Below, piece after piece: positions 52,530 to 64,000 of a DNA stretch of 64,000 bases. Location of the stretch: assembly GCF_006345805.1 (NCBI RefSeq), contig NC_042997.1, forward strand, positions 149,048,001 to 149,112,000, given 5' to 3'. The notes beneath the pieces were generated by a model. The model was not told where the DNA came from. It ran no database searches and was given only the letters and a program-made list of their open reading frames with translations. The DNA is from Octopus sinensis. Its lineage: Eukaryota. The position numbers and the translations under genes were made by a program. How positions within the stretch are numbered: position 1 is the stretch's first letter; the number at the start of each line of letters is the position of its first letter.

Positions 52530-55294
52530 GTGAATTTATTATAAATCAAACGTTATATAATTTAATACATGATATAGGTTGAGTAAAAATTAGAGACAAT
52601 ATGGTCAAAATAGGAATGGCTCAGACCAAATTTCGGTTTTAGAGAATTTTCACATCCGTTCAGGAGAAATAATTTGCACTAGCGTCAACCTAGCTTTGTA
52701 TGTCATTATTTTCTCTTATAAAATTTTAAAATGCAAAATGTCTTATCTAAATTTCATTCAGAGTTACATTAAAACCGAAAACGCTACGCATTTTTGCTTT
52801 CTTCAAACGTTATATTTCCTAACACCGCGATATTTGAGCAATTACACAGGGCAACATTTATTTTATGCCTGTTAATAAAGTGTGTTAGTCGAATGACTAG
52901 TTTCATGCTTTAAATATATTACGTCATTCAACTTCAAATGCGAAGAAGACAGGACAATAAATTTCAAACGTATACAAAGCATTAGAGAATGAAATATATC
53001 GAAGAGAGAGTGCTTGAATATGTGATGATTTGTTTTGATGTTAATTAATGTAAGGTGTCTGTGTTACAAAAAGTGAGAGATTGTGTTTTAAGAAAATTTT
53101 CATTGGGAATACAAATAAATATCTCAAGTATTTAATTCAGCGGCTTTTGATCTCTGTTGAAATTTTATTTATATTAATTTACATTGAACCTGCATGTGAC
53201 TATAGCATAAGGAACAAGGTAAATATTGGGTATGGTTTAACGCGGTGAGACACTGTCTCTCTCTGTCTTCTTTACATATTCTGGTGTACCGGATTGCCTT
53301 TCTTATAAATCAATGACTTGCTTATCCAAAATACTTACATCGTCCCTTCAAATGCGGATGATATTCTTTATTTTCAACTGTTCTCACACAGAGAAACATT
53401 ATCATTATGCAACATAAATATCTCACAACCAATCTGCACGTGTTCCATAAATAAACAGGTGTATTTATAATAACTCCCGATGTAGTCGTGCCTAAAATGC
53501 TTCTTTGATTTCGATTAAGGGAAGATGATGATAAATGAAAAAATAACACGCTCGCAGGAATAGCACAAACCTACTACCAACCTTAAATATGTTACCCTTA
53601 CCATTGAAGCAGTTTGAAAGAAAGGTGTATACTCTAAAACGTCTAATTACTTTGCAATCATCAATTTTGTGACTAAGACATTGTGCATGCAGTTTCAACA
53701 TGTTTTTATGGATTTAGGATTCCGGGATATTTTCCTTATCGTATTCATTGCTATATTTTAAAATTTGCATTAAGAGAAATTGTTTAGTTTGAAATTTGCG
53801 ACAAATCGACTCCGCTAAATCAAATTCATTATGATTCAGCGTAAATGAATTACATCGTAATACTTAGAACTAATAAGCGCGTCTCTACACAGCCTTTAAA
53901 AGAATGATATATTTATAAGTGAAATATAATACTGCATGTTTTCATAACAATGGTTGTACTCGCAATATAATAACATCACATTAATAGTTAAGACAGAACT
54001 TAGAAAACCTCTATAAAATGTAAGTCATATAACTATGCATTTAAGTAGTAATTGATTACTCGCACATTTCCGAGTAATTTTTGTCCATCCGCAGTATATA
54101 CGCGTGTGTACATGAGTGTGTATGTAAATATATACTTCACACAATTTCCTATGTCATTCATATAAACTTGAATGTGATTAAAAACTAATAATCTCTAATT
54201 TAGAACAAAATAATTGAAATGCGATTATACTCTTAGTTTTCTAGTAAACTTGACCAAGTCAATTGAAGCATATCAAAATTTGTGGAGGAAATGTATTCCC
54301 CCATGCGTTCTATTTCTCACCCTATTAACAATTTTGTTACTTTTTGGGAGTTAATCTGAAACCGCGTATTATTTTTCCGTTACCATCTAAGAAAATGCAA
54401 TTAATTACAAAAGCAGGGCAAATTAAACATTCCAATTGGGAAAAATCATATTAAGAAATCAATTTGCATAAACAAAATGAAACTCATACTGACTAGCGAT
54501 CCACCATAAAATATTACTTCTGAACACACAGTGTGGTTGTGCACTTTAAGCGAAGATGATTGTAAGGAGAGCTGAAGTAGAGAAATCCTTATTGGAAGTT
54601 TTCGTTATTGATGAGGTTTTGTTGCCGCCGATAAATTTCGCTCGAATGAATAAATAATCACAGATGTTGTTGTAATGGTATTTCTGGCTTTTATCAAAAA
54701 TAACTTCATTATTTGATGTGACGGTCCGTTTCACATAGCAGTAATGTATAAAATTAAAATAATTTGGTTGCTGTTTCTATTAGACAAACTGACTAAAGGT
54801 TTTCTCATTAGACTCCGTCTGACCTAATGAACAGAACTTCGTGAACAATGACTAAGAGAAACTGGTTTTGCAATATTGCATATCTCCATATAACGTTAGA
54901 TGCCTAAATGGCAATTTTGATTTAGAGCTAAGATTTCAAGAGGGGACACTGCAATTATTTATTGAATTACATGTAATCAGTATAAAGCAACAGTAAAAAC
55001 TGGTAATACTTATTTCATCTTGAACACAACCGCCATACTAAATTGAGAAAACTGATAAAATAGATGTTTAAATTTCTCGTATTTTCGAGGGCGACATGCA
55101 ATTAAATTAAATATAAATATAAAAGTGATAGAATATTATGAAATTAAGATTAGTAACATTCTACATAATTTATCTGCGGATATTTATTAGAACGCAGGGA
55201 AGAAACTTCAGCCATACATGTACTTCAGGACAGAAGCGATAGCGCGCCGGACGAAATGCGGAGATTTAGGTATTAATTTTGGAATTGACAGCTA

Positions 55295-55555
55295 TACCAA
55301 TCCTAGAATTGGACGGTATTGCATCATACCAAAAATCGCGTGTTCCCTATCTAAAATAAGGACACAGGACTGAAATAGTCTGCGTTTCAAGGACCCGCAC
55401 TTGTTGAACATCTTGCGAGGCATCCTTAGAGATCGACATGGTGCTCATGTGCAAGGTTTAAAAGAACGACTGGACATATTTCTATCTAAACTCCAGATGG
55501 ACTCACATCGCGACAGGAGGCACAAAGAAGAGCAGCTACATCCGACTCGCTACTT
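55295..55555 (+). mobile_element. Old CR1/L2-group LINE 3' fragment
   Basis: NPRIGRYCIIPK...LLNILRGILRDRHGAHVQGLKERLDIFLSKL aligns with NARTGRHCTVPR...LFKILPKNLRDLHGVDADVFKIKLNHFLSGV of the 49.2-kb copy. Confidence 0.75.
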
Positions 55556-55627
55556 CCCCAAAAACAATACCGGAGAAGCACTGAGAACGAGAGAGAGAGG
55601 ATATATATATATTTATTGGTATGTATG

Positions 55628-55679
<52 letters not shown>

Positions 55680-56063
55680 CACACACATACATTCATGTAT
55701 ACATACATAGACGCATTTTCGTCATGCGTTATGAAAACGTCAGTCACGGATAATTATCCTACTCCGCCTTCAGCACATTGTTTCTCATGAGGGCGGACGT
55801 GACTGACAAGATCGATACGAGATAGGTAGATCTTGTTAGACTGAGGGCGCTGAAAATTACTCCTAGCCATAGTCGTAGTGGGTTGATGACAGGATCTCTT
55901 CCCGTTTTCATGCAATTTTCCTTCGTTCGGTTTCAAAGTACACTATTCTAGTAATGCATACAAACATCCTTGTTTTCCGATTGATAGTTATGGTCGCCAA
56001 CAAATTTGGAGATACCGCATTAAATTTGAAACTGCTGATTCTGAAACGAATTTATGAAAGTCC

Positions 56064-56342
56064 ATGAGGCTTAATTTCTGTTTCGATCTCGCTAAAGTGT
56101 TTCGTCGGTCGAAGCCGATTACTCGGCATCCGAAACACTTGGCCAACCCAACGGAGAATACAATGAAGGATGCAGGCCTCAAAGCTTTAGATCCCAGGAC
56201 GCAGGAGGGTTTCAGTATGAGGGACCTAGTCATGCTATGTAAAGCCGAGCATGCTATGGAGCGAGGTGATACTGAAAGCTGTCAATTCTCTGATCTTGCG
56301 GCAATAAAAGATTCAAAAGTTAATCCCAGGGGTTATAAATAG
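56064..56342 (+). CDS. Unidentified 92-aa ORF in a GC/CpG-rich island
   Basis: ATG-started, non-repetitive, protein-like composition; no family recognised; overlaps hairpins. Confidence 0.25.
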   Translation: MRLNFCFDLAKVFRRSKPITRHPKHLANPTENTMKDAGLKALDPRTQEGFSMRDLVMLCKAEHAMERGDTESCQFSDLAAIKDSKVNPRGYK

Positions 56343-56847
56343 AGAACATGTTTACAGTGGATTATAGTTATTTGACATTTGCATCTAATGTATACGCTCT
56401 GGTATTCCAGTGCTCTTAATTATAATTATAATCTTATAATTATATACATTAAAAAGGTCATTTTTTTATAGCCTAGCCACTGATATATCCATTTTAATGA
56501 TTATATCCTGAATTCAAAAGTAGAGCTAATTTTTGAGTTCTCTAGTTATTACATTATGCTACGGTACTATTTTACCGTGTATGATTTCTGACGTTACCCA
56601 CATGGTTAAGATGAACTAGTAGATAGAATATATACACGGGAAATATATGTATATATTGGTATCTGTACGAATAGATTTATCGTTATGTTTATACATTTTT
56701 CGCTTATATATTTGTCGGTCTATCTCTACTGAAGATTGCCAATTAATGTTTAATACAGAGCATGAAATCTTAAGATATAGGCTTATCCGAAATATTGTGA
56801 ATCGTCTTGCTCATTACCTCGCATTCGACCTGGGGCTACAAGTAAAG

Positions 56848-56886
<39 letters not shown>

Positions 56887-57015
56887 TATATATATTATAT
56901 ATATATATATAATTATATATATATATATATATATAGTGGATTGTAGATAATTGACATCTACTTCTAACGTATATGCGCTGGAATTCCAGTGCTATTAGTT
57001 ATAATTATTATTTTA

Positions 57016-57062
<47 letters not shown>

Positions 57063-57879
57063 TATATATATATTATATATACTCACACACATGCTCACAA
57101 GCACACCTACATATCTCTATGATGTAAATTCTAAAGGAATTGTCAAAGATAAATATATGTGCCGTAAGCACAAATCTGTAATAAGAAAAAACACAACGGC
57201 TACGATGGCAATTGCGAATAATATGCAAATGGACATCATTCGAATGTTGGATACGAAAACAGTAGAGGCTATCTTAATTTTGAATGTGAGAAAAGGTTCA
57301 TTTTGTGCTTATTTGTGTCCATGAAAATTGGAGAAGCCATAATCCAATTTCATTCTTGCATCAGGTGTCCTCCATTTACATGGAGGTATCTGAAGGGTTT
57401 TACTTACTTTAAAATGAATGTAAGCAAAATTGTTACGATTATTGCGATATCGTGTTAATGGCTTGACTGATGCAGTGCCGAGTGGCACTGTGTTTTACTT
57501 GAATTAAGATTTAAATTGCAACTCCCTACCGACATCTGTACAGGCGAATGAGCTACATGAAAGTATAAGGCATTCAGGTCTTCGTGCTTTATTGATATGA
57601 ATCATGAGGAGTCGTAATGTGAAATACCCTAATGCGCATCATTTTGTAATGATGGTCTTATTACATAAGAAAATGACTCATATTATTTAAATTTCAAGGA
57701 CATGTGTCCAAAGAACAGAGGTCTTCTCCGTGTAACGGTTTGCATGCTCATGTGTTTATTATATACATAATAATATAAACTTTGAGCTGGAAAGTGAGCG
57801 TGACTACATTGTTAATTACATCCATACATCAGATAGAGTGACACTTCCTTTGTGTCTGTACAATTTAAATACCTGTTTC

Positions 57880-58257
<378 letters not shown>

Positions 58258-60531
58258 GAAATAAAGGAACGAATTGAGAAAATAATTGCTCGGCTGTGAA
58301 TAATTCTACAGTGGAGTATTTTAAATGAAACGTTAAGGAATATTTCAGCATTCCCGTGGCGAAGTTGTTGATTTGTAGTACTAGCATCATCTGTTGCAGC
58401 ATTTGTATTGCTTAAATATTTCCGGCATTCATATCTTGAAAGATTATATGTAAGCCGAGCAATTTTGTATTAAACACCTTAGTCACATGTATTGAACTTC
58501 TTCCTTTGAAAAATGAATTATTTTCAAATATGTTTATACTTTAAAAACATATTATACAGAGCCATATCATAAATAAGTTTACATCACACTTTATATCTAT
58601 TCGGAGATCATAAAATTAATATAATGATATGATCTGTTTTATAATTTGCAATCACATCTTGTTATCTGAGTGTTTGATATAGCGCGTAAAAATCCTGAAT
58701 GTGATGCAGATGACATATACTGAATAGATGTGATATTTATAGATAACATTATATACAGAATATACCATACTATATCTCAAATGCTTCCCGTTGGTGGAGT
58801 ACTGTAATTGAGCTGAGGCCATTCATTGAAAATATCACATGCATCAAGAAACCTTTATAAAAACATGTATAATGAAAGTTGAATTATTACGAAAAATTGC
58901 ATTAAATTCATCTCTTAGCGAAAGAAATGACCGCCTAAAATATATAAAATTCATCTGCTTTCTTAAAGAAAAGAAATTACTTGGAACACAAAGATGATGG
59001 TAATTTTGTTAGAAACATATTTTCAATTTTCAATTTACTATTAACTACATATAATTGCGTGAAAGTGAAACAAAATGTGTGAACTACATTGAATAATAGC
59101 TAGTAAATTAATATAAGCCACTTTAACTAAAACAGGCCTAGTGATCTGGATTAAATTCATTGAGCATACTAAACGGTGGTGGACAATTTTTATATATACA
59201 ATGACATGAGGAATAAATAATATCGCAGTTTGATTAAAAGTTATTTATCGATAAAGGGCAATATATATTATTTATATTAAGTGCGATATTCAAATTGATA
59301 ACCCACGGAAAACGAAATTGCTACAATTTTCAAAATTATATTAAATTCTGTAAATATTAATATTAGGCATTTAATAAAATTTATACTAGTGAATTAACTT
59401 AGAAACACAATGAATACTTTTATTACTATAAGATAATATTAAAGATATTATTTTACAGAATGCGATACCATGCAATTTTGTGCACTCATTTCTGAAGCGT
59501 TCTGTTGCAATTCTAAAACTTTTGAAAAATGTACAATACCACAACACACACGCTATGTTCTTTTTTGGTGGTATACGTTAACCGCTTTGAGAACGGCAGC
59601 CAAAAACAATAAAGAGTATCTTATATTACACAATTTATTTAACTGTGTAATTTTTGCCATTATTAAGATATGTGTATTGTTATTTAAATTTACTTTCCTT
59701 ACAGTAACACACAAAAATCAAGATTGTTTTACACTAAAAGAATTCCACCATGAAATGTCTTGGAATTAATTTTAAAACATTGGCACTTATATTCCAAGAC
59801 CAAAATAAGTAACTATGGTCTTTGGTTCCAAACCATTTAAGGTCTAGCCAGTAACCACACAAAACACAGCCAGCTCCAGCGACAATGCCAGATGACAACA
59901 CCCGTCCAACGGCATTACGGTAATCTCTTTCTTCGTCGCCACCGTCTTCTTAACAACGTCAACGACATCTCTACGTACACAGTTCTACCAACAACGCTGC
60001 ACAGTTTCTAACACAGCACAATTCGTGAATTACTTCACCATGGTTAACAGCAAATATACAGCCAGCGAGAACTCCTGTACAAGTGACCCAGGCGGCAGCA
60101 TTACAGCCACAACTTCGCACGACACGTACCACAACCGACTTTGCATCATCGTCGCATCTTTTGGATACAGTATTTCCGTTACAGTTTACACTTGACTACA
60201 AACTGGCATTTCTCGTTCTAGTGTCTATGAACATTCGTCTAACTTCTCATTATATAATCTTTCACTTTCTATGTCATTGTTGTTCTTATATATACCTAAC
60301 ACACACGCATATACCCATGCCCATACATACACTCGTTGTTCTCATGACGGCCTGTCTATCATTCTGTATACATGACGCACACACAGATACACATGTTAAC
60401 ATATCAATAAATCTTCTCTTAAACATTCTAAAAAAAAATTATATCTTCATGCTGCAAAACTGGATTTAGTGCAGGTAATTTCCCAATATTGCCATTCTAA
60501 GTAAAAGGCTAAGTAATTGTTTCGAATTTTG

Positions 60532-60657
60532 GTACTTACTTTATTGGCCCGGAATGCATGTAAGTCAAAGTCTACCTCCGTGGAATTTGAACATAAGTAC
60601 CAAAGAAATGGTGGTGAGCATTTCGCCTGGCCTGCTAACGACTCTACAAGCTCGCTG
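60532..60657 (-). mobile_element. SINE family D, degenerate, reverse orientation
   Basis: CAAAGTCTACCTCCGTGGAATTTGAAC and GCATTTCGCC..GCTAACGACTCT..AGCTCGC match the reverse complement of family D. Weaker remnant at ~63255-63340. Confidence 0.65.
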
Positions 60658-61729
60658 CGCATATCACCCCATAAATAATATCAGCATTTTTTCAAAGCGA
60701 TTGGGTTGGATACTAGGAACACAACATATGCAACCATCTTACCCATCAGTGTTGGATAAGTTTGTTGGATTTGTCATGAACAATGTATTATCTAACTTGT
60801 TTGATATCTGTTTAAAGTTTCTCAGAATATGGTGTATTTTATGCAATGATGTAATCTATGAATACATGAATAAATCTATACTGAAACTTCTGGTGTAAAT
60901 TTTGAACCCCATTTATGTTTACCATGTAATTATAATAACGCCATACATATAACCAATCCTATGACGGATCAACCGTTTCAGTTGGAATTCGTACTCATAC
61001 ATTTACTGTATCCTACCAACACTTTATGCCTTCATTGTTGTTTTACCTCGCTTTGAACCCTATGTTGTGGCTCCTAGATATTTCTGGTGTTCTACGTGTT
61101 CATGTGATAATATTCTCTTGAATCGAATAACTAAAGCGACATACATACACACTTACCCACACACATACACACACTCACGCATACACACAAAACACACACA
61201 TGCACACACACACACACACACACACGCACACATAACTTTTTTGTGTATGCTGAAATTTTCTTAATATTAAAGAAGTGAAAGTCAATATTTACTGTTTTAA
61301 AAACGAATCATTTCTGCTTTAAAATACTAAAGCGCAGAAAAATACTTAGGCTATTAATCTTAAATATGTACACGGATATTTCATAAACGTTACATTATTT
61401 TTATCTTATTTTATTTATTATTTTTCAAGTTAAATTATTGACGCTCACACTTACAAACATAAACATATATTGATTCGCTATCGTTTGAGATTTTAAACTC
61501 ATATGTGACTTCCGTTCGTCACATGAGATTCTTACCCCAAAATATTTCCATAACATTAATTCTATAAATTTGACGTTGGTATTTGGGCTTGAATCGAAAC
61601 ACTTATAGGAATTATATATATGTATTTATATTTTCATATTATTGTAATAATATAATATTATGTCAATAAATTAACATGAGTCAATTTGAACTATGAATTT
61701 GACTTTTCTTATACATACATACACACACA

Positions 61730-61805
<76 letters not shown>

Positions 61806-62053
61806 TAGGTATATGTATGTGTGAACTGTTTGTATGTGTGTGAGAGAGAGAGAGAGGGAGAGAGTGCTTATGTAGGTTTTTTTATGTCGAGTGACTGAAC
61901 AGACATATTTTCTCTTTATTGAAACTAAAATTGACACTTCTTTCTCGCAATTCCAGCTTGTCTCTCACGCACACACACAAACACTTGTCTATATACATGC
62001 ATATTTACATACACGCATACATACATACATACATACATACATACATACATACA

Positions 62054-62086
<33 letters not shown>

Positions 62087-62223
62087 GAATTCACACACAT
62101 ATATAGATTGATAGATAGGTAGATATGTACAGATATATGAAAAATTTTTTTGTATATATTTATGCACGTTTGAGTATATGAATGTATATACTAAGATATA
62201 TATATATATATATACACTCTCAC

Positions 62224-62271
<48 letters not shown>

Positions 62272-63345
62272 GTGAGAGAGTGTGAGAAAGAAAGAATGAG
62301 ATAGCGTGTAAACCTTTCTTATCAATAAGTGAATTGCAGTAACAATAATGGTATTTGTCAGGCAATATGACTTACATCTATATGTTTGTCCATTTGAATT
62401 AAGCATCTTACATTTAATGGTTTCCGATTAATCAATGATGGTGAAAGCTATATATTTATTGACACATGCCAGCTGAGTATACATCAAGCGCCTTACAACA
62501 GATGTGCAAAATATAGAATAATAATTACATTTTTGAATACCGGCATTGCAGACAATTATTTTTGCAAGGTATCGTCAATAATACACACAATAGTTTTTCC
62601 GTATAATTTAATTGTCCTCTGTCTGTAGTATGGAAATTTTAGGGATCTCCAACGAGATTTCCAATAAGTAAGCAAAAGAATGGTGACTAAATGAAACAAG
62701 TTATTTTGATCGGACTTCTAATAATTATGCAATGTTAACATGAGAATATAAATGAAATAATATGAATTTCTTTTGTCTGGCACCAGAGCATGAAATGAGG
62801 GAAACACTACAAGGAGAGTTCACAATTTATGTGAGAAATTTCAAAATAGATGAGGGGAAAGTATAATATATAGTGTACATAATATACAAAATATTTGAAG
62901 ACACATATGATACGGTTTTTGTTTAATACAGCAGAACCTCGGATTTGGGTTAATAACTGAATCCCGTAGAACAAGGATCAACACCGAAAGAAGAACGACA
63001 GAACAAATAGTTGGAAAGAGATATCGTTACTTGTCTAATTCATGTAAGAAATCGAGGTATTTGAAAATAATAAATGCTGCTTGTAATTGAACAATGGAAA
63101 TATAAAACGAGCAACTGAATCTCTTAATTTAACAACTAAGATCGAATTTCATGGTGACAAATAGTGATAAAACTCAAGACAACAAACGAAGAACTGTAGG
63201 AGAAGTGATAAAAGTGATAAAGTTTGGCACAGGACAGCATTATGGTGAAAGGAGTTTAATCAGTTACAGACCCTGGGATTTCGCTGGTATATTATTTTTC
63301 AATCCTGGAAAGATGAACTGCAAAGTTGACCTGACAACGTTAAGA

Positions 63346-63485
63346 CGATGAGGATAATGATGATGATGATGATGATGTTTTTGACGACGACGATGATGAT
63401 GATGGTGATGATGATGATGATGCTGGAGATGAAGATGAAGATGATGAAGATGATGAATACGATGATGATAATAAAGAGGAGGATG
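63346..63485. repeat. (GAT)n/(GAC)n/(GAA)n trinucleotide tract
   Basis: Directly visible. Confidence 0.9.
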
Positions 63486-64000
63486 GGTCTGATGAGAATA
63501 ATGGTGGTATTAGTCAGCATGAATACGTCCCGGCCCTGTTTATGTAATGTTATGTACAATGAACAAAGTATCTCCTCATAAAATGTGAGATTAATATGAC
63601 AGAACCACCAATGCAAAAACCGAATTAGAACAGAACGTTAAAAAGTCAATGTGTTTGTGCATCAGCATATAAATCGACATACAGTTTGGGCAAAACTTGT
63701 TTTCTCTTCGAAAACCAAAGCGAAACCACATAGGACAACTTCATTTTAATGCAAACAAAGGATCACAGCTCAAAAACGTGATGCTGTACTCTACAACGAA
63801 GCATTAACGTGTACCTTGTGATTTTGTAAAAACTCGCAAAGAAAGCTAAAAACAAAACCCCACTAGACACGTTTATGTGTTGATTATTGTCTAATACATG
63901 GATGTCTTCAATGATCTTTTAAGTTTAGGCGGTTTTGTTGCATGTCTGATATTGGAGAAATATTTTATTTTGATATTGGAGACAGGTATCTTTTGATAGG

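Noticed and set aside
55800-55840. 7SK-like GAUC/GAUC hairpin
   Set aside because: No other 7SK features (5' GGA, matching termini) are evident; left to an Infernal search.

Overview
AT-rich, microsatellite-saturated, non-genic or intronic animal DNA. The SINE/LINE repertoire looks like an octopus (cephalopod) genome; this is my recognition, not a database match. No host protein-coding gene can be confidently called, and most ORF-track entries are translations of (TA)n, (TG)n, (TACA)n, (TATC)n or trinucleotide repeats. Supportable elements: several tRNA-derived SINE families; degenerate non-LTR retrotransposon fragments (R4/Dong-like at 23.2-25.4 kb, L1/Tx1-like at 38.9-40.4 kb, CR1/L2-like at 49.1-50.5 and 55.3-55.55 kb); a decayed mariner with a nested insert; three long fold-back palindromes; and a 1.07-kb tandem duplication. 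The main finding, which the ORF track does not show, is a set of type I hammerhead ribozyme (HHR) motifs. Two sit in a near-identical 490-bp tandem array inserted in (TA)n (6281-7388), a retrozyme-like layout that would release a ~490-nt monomer able to circularise. One sits in a 561-bp-period element with an inverted terminal segment (37232-37997). Several minimal or variant-core motifs occur elsewhere (25995, 33426, 36177, 38271, 48507, and a half motif at 43681 behind a head-to-head tRNA-like SINE head). All structures were paired by eye; no folding or homology search was run.
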